Shown: piece after piece, positions 12,970 through 23,629 of the stretch | Layout: each line of letters starts with the position of its first letter | Position numbering within the stretch: position 1 is the first letter of the stretch | Origin: Octopus bimaculoides | Lineage: Eukaryota | Direction: 5' to 3' | NCBI RefSeq assembly: GCF_001194135.2 | Contig: NC_068990.1 | Location: 4,713,973-4,777,972, forward strand | Length of the DNA stretch: 64,000 bases | Program-made: the position numbers and the translations under genes | Notes under the pieces: generated by a model | Database searches by the model: none | The model's input: only the letters and a program-made list of their open reading frames with translations | Told to the model about the DNA's origin: nothing

Positions 12970-13605
12970 CTGTGTTAAAAAAGTATGAAATTAAGGTGTA
13001 CCCTAAATCTCTGTAGCATGTTTCCAAACAAACACTTTTTATCAAACATTATGAGCCATATTTTGTGGTAGAATAGATAAACAGGCACACTGATAGGGCT
13101 TGAATCATGTACCTATCACTTGCTGGGTGACTTTATGACTAATTATATTACCAAGTGCATGAAATATCACCCACCTAAAGTAAAACTATAATTTATAACT
13201 GTTATTTTAACTGTAGTATTTTATCTCCACCAGCTAATTCATTAGTCACTTAGCACTTGCAAGATAGGTTATTCAAGAAACATGATAGTGAGACATTTTG
13301 TTTCTTTAACTATATTGTTTTATATCTTTATGACAATTAACCAGTGACTTTATGGTTGCAGAAATGGTTATTCTAGAAATGTTCAAAACAGATACTATAA
13401 TTTGTTTCTGCATCTTTAACCAGTTTAATCTTATATCCACAAAATAATTTCTCCCTTGCTTAATGCTAGCAGATAGACTATTCCGAGTGACTGACGACTT
13501 ATCTTGCAGAGTTTGAGTAATATTACAGTTAAAATAGCATAAAACAAATGATAGGTGATGGTATGGCAGTCACTTTACAGGGTTATTGATAATGTGATCT
13601 CTCAG

Positions 13606-13675
<70 letters not shown>

Positions 13676-14229
13676 NNNNNNNNNNNNNNNNNNNNNNNNN
13701 NNNNNNNNNNNNNNNNNNNNNNNNNNNNNNNNNNNNNNNNNNNNNNNNNNNNNNNNNNNNNNNNNNNNNNNNNNNNNNNNNNNNNNNNNNNNNNNNNNNN
13801 NNNNNNNNNNNNNNNNNNNNNNNNNNNNNNNNNNNNNNNNNNNNNNNNNNNNNNNNNNNNNNNNNNNNNNNNNNNNNNNNNNNNNNNNNNNNNNNNNNNN
13901 NNNNNNNNNNNNNNNNNNTATATATATATATATATATATATATGTAATTTCCAAATCAACCTCTCATTTTGATTGACACTGTTGATTCTTTGCATTTGTA
14001 GTGTCTCTATATTACATTAGGAAAACAGAAAATAATAACCACTGCTTTTATTCTATGCAGTATAATTACAGTTAAATGAATAAATTCAGGGAATTAATAG
14101 AAGACTGTTCCATTCATATGTCACAACCAAATTGAAATAGCAAGTCTTTAGTGATGTGACAATGATAATGATAATTTTAAATATAGGCATACAGTGATTA
14201 AATTTTGTGACAGGTGTTAATCAATTATG

Positions 14230-14385
14230 CTCACATCAGCACCAGACTGATACTTTATAAATAGCAGAAGGATTTTGGTAAGATTTTGAATGCTGAATGT
14301 TTAGAGCCACAACAATTACTGCAAGGTATGTAGTCTTATTCTCTAACAATTCTGCCATTCCACCACCTACACGGCAATAATAATT
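14230..14385 (-). repeat. Decayed SINE of the family also at 39535 and 40218
   Basis: ctaacaattctgccattcccaccacc resembles the reverse complement of the ggcggcgagctggcagaa-type head. Confidence 0.45.
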
Positions 14386-14451
14386 ATAATAATAATAATG
14401 ATGATGATGATGATGATAATAATAATATTTTAGAAAGATTGAGGTAACTTT

Positions 14452-14494
<43 letters not shown>

Positions 14495-14495
<1 letters not shown>

Positions 14496-14720
14496 AATTA
14501 TCCAAATGTAAAAATCTGGAAGTACAGATAACCAGAATGTGGGGACTGAAAATATGAACAATCTCAATAATAGTAACATACCTAAGAATGTTTAAAAAAG
14601 ATGTAGACAAACAAATAAACAAAATCTTAGAACTTACAAATAAGGAAAAAATATACTGAAAACAGCACCACTAGACAATGCACAAATATTACACACAATA
14701 CTTTCCATACAAAAACCAAA
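14495..14720 (+). mobile_element. REL-endonuclease (R4/Dong-like) non-LTR retrotransposon 3' coding remnant
   Basis: KLSKCKNLEVQITRMWGLKI*TISIIVTYL...KQINKILELT...ILKTAPLDNAQILHTILSI resembles K..KY.DL..EI.RMW.....IPI..GALG...IQK.ALLGTA.ILR..L. Confidence 0.7.
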
Positions 14721-14929
14721 ACAAAATATTGCATGTGCTCAAGGCACACAGAACTGCGGTGGGTTGTGCAGTTTAAGCACACAACAAGAATAAGATTAAG
14801 GAAAAATAAGTTTGGCCTTTCAATTAGAAAATGATTCATTTAAGCATTGTAATATTCAAAACCCAAGGATGCTCTTTACTCATATAACTATCTTTTTATC
14901 TACACACCCACACAAATATATATTAACAC

Positions 14930-14999
<70 letters not shown>

Positions 15000-15039
15000 A
15001 TGAATGTATGTATACACACACAGAGACAGGTTTAAAATA

Positions 15040-16430
15040 TGAGTTATAAGTTTCATGCCTCAGATAATACAATAGTTGCATAATGTGCTGTTTATTTTCT
15101 AGCATATCTTTCAGGTTCAAAATACAAACTTGGCTGTGCTCTAAGAAAAAGCAAGAAAGAACAAGTGGGGGAAAAACGAAAAATGAAAGCAACAAAAAAA
15201 AGTATGGAAGATTTGTCTCCCCTTTGTCCTTTAGAATGGGAATTAACAGTGGTTAGAATAGTTAATTTCATGGGGAAAAGGTTAAATTTTGTGAGGCTAC
15301 ATGTTTAATTCAGAAAGGATGGCGTTTCCAGTTTGACAATGAAAACTTATCTAGATGCTTGCATTTAACAAAATTTTCAGATCTAGAATTCAGAAGATTG
15401 GATTTTAAAAAATATGAGTTCTTTCAGCTATACAAAGCCTGAACCTTCTTGACCTGTTATTATTCTACAATGATTCACTTGATGGTGTGTGGAATATTTT
15501 GGGCCTTTAGGTCGAAGTTATTACTAGCTAATTTAGTGGTTTCCTTTTTATCTATGAGTTGAAAAGAAGACTCATGGTTGGCATGTCATTTTTTTAAAGT
15601 CACTTTCTCATAAACCAATATCCTTTTTCTTTTAAGTTTTATCATTTTGAAGAATGAAAGTGAGCTCTGCTTTGTAGACAACTGAGCTAATGATCCATAC
15701 CTAGTCGAGTGAGCAAGCGTCTAGATCTCTACAATTACATTTTTGAGGAGGCATTTAATGTGGTTTATATGTAATAATATTTTTCATATCAGAGTAGCAG
15801 TTGTAAGAAACTTTCACTGTGTATTTGTCAAAAATGTTCTTAATCCTATGGCTATCTAGAAAACACTTGTCTATCAAGGAATTATCTAACAATGTTTATC
15901 TCAACATTCAAAGAGAAAATGGAAAAGCTTGCAATCTTCCTAGGTCCATTTTTAGGCTTCATAATTTTTATGATAGGCATGTATTCTATCTTCTTTTTCA
16001 AGACACTGTTAGCCGGTGCATTATTTTTGTCAGTGGTTTTCTTATTGAATATTTCCTTAGAGGAGGTGACATTTGATATCCTATTACTGATATTAACTAT
16101 AAGGGGTGGAAAGACTGTTTATTCAGCTAATGCAAGGATTTGTAAGCACATAAGTTTAGGTTTTGGGAAGCATTTAAGAAAGTGACTTTAAGGAGGTTCG
16201 TGGTTGCCGTGATTTTGAGGCCTCATTTGTTGCGAGTAGATATGAGATTTTTCCAAACTTTATCAAGTGTATGTCTGTCATAATCATGAGATATGCCTAA
16301 TCCATTGTCACAGTATAGATCAATGTTGTGGGAAGGGAATATAGCTTTTAGTATATCTAATATAAAGAGTTAGTATCTCCACTAAATATTAGAAAGCTAA
16401 CATAGTCAGATATAAAGACATTAAGGATGA
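15040..16430 (-). mobile_element. 5'-truncated Penelope-like element: end of RT, linker, GIY-YIG and terminal repeat (left arm plus spacer of fold-back F)
   Basis: Minus strand: NIDLYCDNGLGIS...GLKITATTNLLKVTFLN (RT YRDDGL region); IDKCFLDSHRIKNIFDKYTVKVSYNC; KCNCRD..ACSLD..SSVVYKAE...DIGL*ESDFKK; KCKHLDKF. Confidence 0.85.
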
Positions 16431-16439
16431 AGCTCAATT

Positions 16440-17474
16440 CCTTGCAAAACAAAACAAAATTGATGATAGAATGCTTGGTTAACGGGCTTCAAAGAGAAGA
16501 TAACTAATTCCCACATCATAAAATGTATGAAGCTTAAAAAATAGACCAAAGAAGATTATATGGTTTTTACCAGCCCCTGCCCACTTTCTCTCGGAATGTT
16601 AAGACAAATGTAGGTAGAATATTCCTTACCTTATTAGATAAGCATTTCTTGGATAGCCATAGGAAAATTATTAATGGGCATTCAGTGAAACTTTCATACA
16701 GCTGCTGCCCAACATGAAAAATATTATCACACCCAAGTCACATCAGATGTCTACTCTAAAATGTAACTGTAGAGACCTATATATTTGCCCACTTGATCAC
16801 ATATGGATGGGTAGTTCAGTGGGTTATGAAGCAGAGGTCACCTCAGTCCTACAAAATAGTAAAACTCAAAACAAAAAGTGCATGTGGTCAATGGAAAAGT
16901 CATTTAAAAAAAAATATGCCAACCACCAGTCTTCTCTCCAGCACATAAATATCATGAAAACCACTGAGCGAGCTTTATCTGGGAACTGAAGGCCAACAAT
17001 ACCCCACACACCAAGTGGTGTATCACAAAATGACCCACACCATATCTGAATGGATGAAGGAGGTGCAGCCCTTGTATTGCTGAAAGGATATCCATTTTAA
17101 ATCTTAGAAGTTCATCTATCTATTGAACACTATATCTGAGAGTTTCACTAAATGCAAGCATCTGGATAAGTTTCTATCATTGAACTGGAAAACAACTACC
17201 ACTCTGGATTAAGAATGCAGTCTCAGAAATTTGAATCCATTAAATTAGCTACTCCAACTATTGTTAATTCTCATTCTAAGCAGTCAAAGGAACAACTAGT
17301 TTCTCCCTTCCTTTTATTCAGTATTTTTCTTGCTGCCGATTTTCATTCATTTTTCTCTTTTGTTTTTCCTTGCTTTTTCTCAGAGAGTGGTCACATTTAT
17401 ATGTTAAACGTGAATGATTGCATGAAAATATACAGCCATTCACCTATTGTATTATTCAAGGCATGAAATCCAGT
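16440..17474 (+). mobile_element. Inverted second copy of the same Penelope-like 3' region (right arm of fold-back F)
   Basis: KKIIWF...[40 protein letters not shown]...KCNCRDLYICPLD...SSVGYEAEV...SFKKKYANHQSS...KCKHLDKF. The non-coding end aligns to the reverse complement of 15040-15330 (ctattgtattat...aggcatgaaa in both). Confidence 0.85.
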
Positions 17475-18018
17475 ACAGTTCTATATATGAGAGTAGGAAT
17501 TATGTACATCATTTACATTTGACGGATATTTGTTCTCATCCTGTTTGTTGTTAACACAACGTTTTGGCTGATATACCCTCCAGCCTTCATCAGGTGTTGT
17601 AGGGAATTTTCGAACCTGGGTTCTCATTCCTAAGGTATTTTTTGATGTTCTTCTTCTTATTATTATTCAGGTCACTGCCTGGAATCAAACTCGGAATCTT
17701 GGGGTTAGTAGCCCGTGCTCTTAACCACTATGCCATATGCATTGGCATATGACATAGTGGTTAAGAGCACAGGCTACTAACCCCAAGATTCCGAGTTCAA
17801 TACTAGGCAGTGACCTGAATAATAATAACAACAACAACAATGATAATAACAACAACAACAACAACATCATCGAAAAATACCTTAGGAATGAGAGCCCAGG
17901 TTCAAAATTTCCCCAAGACACCTGATGAAGGCTGGAGGGTATATCAGCCAAAACATTGTGTTAACAACAAACAAGATGAAGACAAATATCCGTCAAATGT
18001 AAATAATGTATATAATGT
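17475..18018. mobile_element. Palindromic dimer of a tRNA-headed short element with a hammerhead-like tail, flanked by a 12-bp TSD (fold-back D)
   Basis: Arms 17499-17740 and 17745-18016 are separated by a 4-nt spacer (attg). Each arm starts with A-box TG(G/A)CATAGTGG and has a B-box-like GAGTT(T/C)(G/A)AT. ATGAAATCCAGT occurs at 17463-17474 and 18019-18030. Confidence 0.85.
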
Positions 18019-18133
18019 ATGAAATCCAGTGTATATTAATATTTTTCGCTCATTGATTGGATGGAGTACTTTCTTTGTCGATACTACCAATAATAGAACA
18101 GTATATTTTCTGATATGTATATGTATGTATGTA

Positions 18134-19190
18134 TCAAGTCATCCCATAAGTTCTGTCCGTTTTTACCTTTTTTAAAATTGAATGAAATTTAATAGTATTT
18201 TAGAATGTCTAATGGAATTTAAAATTATTTTTATGTATTTGTGTACATTTAAACTAATTAAATATTATTTTACAGAATTATAGAATTAAAATTTCTTTGA
18301 TTAAAACTCTTTCTCACAAAGAGTGTTTCAGGTACATAATGCTTTATGAGTACAAAAATGGTAACTCTGCAGCCAAAGCAACTCGAAACATACACTCAGT
18401 TTATGGGAAAGAATGCTTGAATGAAAGAACTTGCAGAAGATGGTTTGCAAAATCCAGAAGTGGAGATTTCAGCCTTCACGATGAAGATCGAACAGGATGT
18501 CCAGTTGAGTTTGGTGATAAGTTCCTTGAGGCATTACTTGAAGAAAATCCGGCATTATCAGTTGAAGAATTGGCAATAAAGCTTAGTTCAAACCATACTA
18601 CTGTTCATCGTCATCTTCAACAACTTGGAAAGCTTCCTAAACTTGGAAAATGGGTGTCTTATGAATTGTTTGAAAGCAGCCACAAATTCCGAGTTGACAA
18701 CTGCTCTTCTCTCCATTCTCGTGAACTCATTTCACCCTTTTTGGATAGATTTGTGACTGGTGACGAAAAATGGATTTTCTATCAAAATGTTAAATGTCGT
18801 AAACAGTGGCTTGGTAAAAGGGAAAAAGCTCAACCACAACCAAGACGGGAACTTCATGGAAAAAGGTTCTTCTCTCTGGGATTGCAAAGGAGTAATTCAC
18901 TTTGAGTTGTTACCACCTAATGCAACAACCAATGCTCAAGTCTACAGTCAGCAATTAGAGAGTTTGAACCAAGCTTTGAAGAAAAAAAGACCCACTTTAG
19001 TGAATCGAAAAGGGGTGATGTTTCATCAGGACAATGCGCATCCCCACACTGCAAAGATCACATCACACAAGATCGAAGAGCTTGGTTGGGAAAAAATTCC
19101 TCATCCACCTTATTCTCCCGACCTTGCTCCTTCAGACTATCATTTGTTTTGTTTATTCAAAATTTGGACAGAACTTATGGGATGACCTGA
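18134..19190 (+). mobile_element. Mariner transposon with both TIRs; D,D34D transposase pseudogene
   Basis: 25-bp TIRs tca(a/g)gtcatcccataagttctgtcc with TA on both sides. Motifs VTGDEKWIFY, HQDNAHPH and HPPYSPDLAPSDYHLF are present, with 34 residues between the last two Ds. There is a frameshift near 18880 and the C-terminus is deleted. Confidence 0.95.
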
Positions 19191-19394
19191 TATATATATG
19201 AGATGTATTCTAGAAATTTTGAGACTTTTTAAGAGAGGTAGTTATAACTGTACAAGATTATTGATATTTTAGTATCTCATTACTATCTATATAATAAGCT
19301 GACATGCCATTTATTACTCTAGATTGAAGCTTATGGCTTAACAGCACTTTGAACACACTCAATGAAACACTGTTGTCATAGCTGACTAGCTTGC

Positions 19395-19965
19395 AGAGTG
19401 CAGTCAGAGTGAAATCAAGACAGAAGCTTGTTGTGTAATAAATTTTTGTGTTAAACTAGGCAAAAATGCTACAGAAACTCATGAAATACCCTAGATTACT
19501 TATGGATTAATTTGTATGAGTCAAGCATGTGTTTCTTGTTGGCACAAGTGGCCAGGCAAAAAACACTCACTGGGAAGCTCATGATGATCCCATTTTTTTA
19601 CGGTGATGGCACCATCTACATCCATTGAGTTCCTTTTGGCCAAACAGTCAAAGAGTACTTTGTGGAATTGTTAAGAGGATTTAGGAGGAGATTTAGTCCC
19701 GAAAATTCAGAGCACCTGAACAAGGCCAATGTACCAGTCTACAATTCTGGTAACCAAGTACTTAATAGAGATGAGCAACCAAACTGTCTCTCACTCTCCC
19801 CACTGCCCAAACAATGCCTCCTATGATGGAAGAAGATGCAGGAAGCTCTGACAAGGGTCCTTGAAATCTTCTCTTTGGAGGACTTCCATGGGGCCTTAAG
19901 GAAGTGGCTGGAGCACGACAATAAATGCATTGAAATCAGATCCTACACTGAAGGAGGTGTCTCTC
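19395..19965 (+). mobile_element. Internally deleted, decayed mariner remnant of a different family
   Basis: Fragments INFCVKLGKNATETHE, GKLMMIPFF and QEALTRVLEIFSLEDFHGALRKWLEHDNKCIEI are recognisable mariner segments. Confidence 0.75.
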
Positions 19966-20204
19966 CAGAAAGATTCTCAAAACTTCTGGAATGTACCTTG
20001 TGTGTGTGTGTGTGTGTGTGTGTGTCTGTGTGTGTGCGTGTGTGAATGGGTTTGTGTGTGATGATGATGATATATATACATATGTATCTCATCATCATCA
20101 TCTTTTAACTATTGTTTTCCATTCTGGCATACACACTCACACACACATACACATACATATTATTAAAGCTGAAGCTGAAATGTTATCATGCAATTTGAGT
20201 TTTA

Positions 20205-20425
20205 CGAGAGGGTGCTGAAAAGTTCCTGGCTTTGAGCAAAAGAAAATAGACAAGGATCAGTTAATTAAGATTTTATCCAACATATTCCCCTTTCAGATTC
20301 ACACACTTATTGCAGTGGTCCTTCAGTTTTTCTAAGCCCTGTAAAAGAACTCATATGCCCCATTAGGCCTCCAACCAGGCCTTTCACAATACTCTTAAAG
20401 CCAGGTGCTTTTCAGTACCTCCTCG
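20205..20425. mobile_element. Mariner-derived MITE
   Basis: TIRs cgagagggtgctgaaaagttcctggcttt / aaagccaggtgcttttcagtacctcctcg, flanked by TA. Confidence 0.85.
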
Positions 20426-21376
20426 TACATGGTTTCTGTTTGAAGATTGAAATGGTGTGGCACTTGAGTTGCAAGACAAGCTCTTAGCTTTAGTTTTAGT
20501 AAAAAAACACCCTCTCTACAACACGCACTGAGCACTCTTTCTCATTTGTTTGACATTAAGTAGCATATGGTTTTCCTCAAGGTATTTTCCCTAAATTATC
20601 GAAAGCTGAATCTCCATTAATTTAAGCTAATATTCTATTAATTGAGCAATGTTTAATCAAGATTAATTAAGTAAATGAACAAGAAACACTGGAATGTATT
20701 AACCATGTTACTTCTTAAGGTATTAAACAATGTAACACACTAAATGGCCCTTTTAATAACATTTGCAATTTAGAATGTATTTTGATAGGGTCAATCTGTC
20801 AGTATACCAGCATGTTTTGCAAGTACCAGTCTTTATGAATGAGGTTGGTAAGTTTAACGAGAAATACCTTTTAACTATTCTTTAATTTGTAACATCATTC
20901 TGTTATCCACTTCTGTGATTGACACATTATAGTCATACCCACTTTACATTTCTTGAATTTTGTTAATTCTGATTACAATTTTCATATTTCGATGATCTGT
21001 TGATTAATCAACATGTCACTGCTCACTTAATTATTTAGTAAGCCTAAGGAGTAGAGAGCTGTGTAGCATATTATGTAAAATGATGAATGTTATGCATACT
21101 ACATACCAAACTATACCGTATTCATGTCACAACAAAGAGTCTTAACGAAACAACTGTAGCAGTTCTAGATTATACATTCATCTATTTTTATCATATATAA
21201 AAGTATATATATATACATACATATGTATATATATATACATATACATACATATATATACATATATATGCAAATACATATATATATATACATATACATATAT
21301 ATACATACATACATATACATATATATACATGTCCATATATATACATATATGTATAAATATGCATATATATATACGT

Positions 21377-21447
<71 letters not shown>

Positions 21448-21534
21448 TATGTATTTATTCATTATAGTTAGATGAGAACCACATATTCTCTGTATGGAAC
21501 ACACTTAGTAGTGTTCAAGAGATTTAAACTTGAG

Positions 21535-22160
21535 CAGATATAGAAGCAAATGTAGAGACAAGGAAATTAGACAGATCAATATATAAAGTATAATAAATAC
21601 ATGAATTACAAAAAATGTATATATGCTTAAATACAAAAGGTGTGCCTTACACAGAATACAAATCATTTAGAGAATTAAAGGAGTTGAAGAAAAGCATTAC
21701 AAATCCACCAGCTGTTTCTGGGGGCTCAATGGTCCAAAATAACGTTTGAAGATCGATTCCGTCGTAAGATAAGACAAGCATCTGTCTTCAAGGAAGAAGT
21801 CTTACATTTCAGGTGTTAAATGGAACAATTTCAGAGACAGAACTTCTTTCCTTTAACATGTTTGAACTTCTCTCCTTAAATTCCTCAAATTTAAGATCTC
21901 TTCCCTGGAGATGGAGGCTCTTCTCATCCTGTGATGGAATCAATCTACAACCTTTATTTTAGACCACCAAACCCCCAGAAACAGTTCTTGGATATGTAAT
22001 ACTTTTCTTCATCATCCTTAATTTTCTATATCATTTGTATCCTCTGTAAGTAAGACCATTTTGTATGTAAATATATATATATACATTGTTTGCATTTCAT
22101 GTATTCAGTATGCTTTATATATTGATCTGTCTAACTTGCTTATCCCTACATTTATTTATA
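21535..22160. mobile_element. Inverted pair of PLE-type terminal repeats (fold-back B)
   Basis: ~21535-21815 is the reverse complement of ~21870-22160 (shared ccccagaaacag and ctttatatattgatctgtctaa). Each arm has tcc-YTGRAGA...GAAACAG(C/T)T...gga. Confidence 0.7.
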
Positions 22161-22689
22161 AATATATACATATATATATACTGATATATATAATACATAC
22201 ATACATATATATATATACATATATATATATNNNNNNNNNNNNNNNNNNNNNNNNNNNNNNNNNNNNNNNNNNNNNNNNNNNNNNNNNNNNNNNNNNNNNN
22301 NNNNNNNNNNNNNNNNNNNNNNNNNNNNNNNNNNNNNNNNNNNNNNNNNNNNNNNNNNNNNNNNNNNNNNNNNNNNNNNNNNNNNNNNNNNNNNNNNNNN
22401 NNNNNNNNNNNNNNNNNNNNNNNNNNNNNNNNNNNNNNNNNNNNNNNNNNNNNNNNNNNNNNNNNNNNTTCAGGTTTTATATATTAAAAGAAAGTAGAAT
22501 TTGGAATAATTATTTATTTCGTGCTTTCATTTCATTTCAGAGATTCACCAAGAATGACTTTTGTACAGAAAATATATGGTAGTTAGTTGAAAAAATCTGG
22601 AGTTGAATTGGGTAGAGAATATTCTTTGTTGTTTTGAGTTTATATGTATGTGTGTGCATATATCTGCATGTATGTGTGTGTGTAAATAT

Positions 22690-23615
22690 GTGATTGTGGT
22701 GAAATTTTGGAGGCTGGGTTAGAGCGGAAAAAAGAAGAAAGTCAGAAAAGATAAGAAGAAATGAAGGACAGAAAAAAGAGAAAAAAAAAAGAGAGAGAGA
22801 ACTGGAGCTTTTTTGAAATTGTTTTGAATTCTTTGGTCAGTTGTCATGCTACCCATTTTTGGGATGGCTGAAATTGATAACAATTCAAGTGGTCAATCTT
22901 CTTTCAGTCATCGTACTGTTTTTGCTAGTTGTCATGTAGAAAATAGACTCTTCTACATGATAAAGAGCAAAAGAGTGTACTCTTTATCATGCAGAAAATA
23001 GACTCTTTCAAAGTTTTTTCAGAAGGTTGTTAAATGTGTGTGTGTGTGCATCTGCATGTGTGTGTGAGAGAGAGACGGAGAGTGTGTGCGTGTAAGAGAG
23101 AGAGAGAGAGAGAGAGTGTGTGTGTAAGAGTGAGAGAGAGAGTGTGTGTGTGTGTGTGTTTATGTGTATGTGTGTGTGTGTTGTGTGTTGGCTACTTAAG
23201 TGAATTTTCCCCCTATTATTTTAGTAACAGTAATGAGAACATTTTAATAAGGATTTCTGATGTGTTCATAAATTTATTTTTTCATTTGCATACATATAAT
23301 TTTAGGTAAGCATGTTTTGATAAAATATTTCATTCTCCTTCAGTACTTTGGGTCATCTCTTGGGTATTTTTAGAGGGAAAAGATCTTGAATATGCTATTC
23401 CCATATATTTCCAGATGCATACATGATGGAACCTTACATAATTCTTTTGGTCTGATGTGTTGTTTGTGGATTCTTACAGATTGGCAAAGGAAATTGTTGG
23501 TTTCGCCAATACAATTTTCTTTGCAGTTGGGGCAGTTTATGCAGTATATGAGATTCTGTGTCTTGCACTTCATATCTGCATTTATTTTGAAGGAAAATGC
23601 ACTTTTAAATTTATT
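22690..23615 (-). mobile_element. Penelope-like GIY-YIG 3' fragment (left arm of fold-back C)
   Basis: ORF 23370-23573: MKCKTQNLIYCINCPNCKENCIGETNNFLCQSVRIHKQHIRPKELCKVPSCMHLEIYGNSIFKIF. Confidence 0.85.
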
Positions 23616-23629
23616 GTTTCATCAGCTAA

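Noticed and set aside
17740-17815. tRNA-like sequences here and at 7190-7260 and 57671-57740 as tRNA genes
   Set aside because: A and B boxes are present but there is no proper acceptor stem, and they continue into repeat bodies. They are SINE heads.
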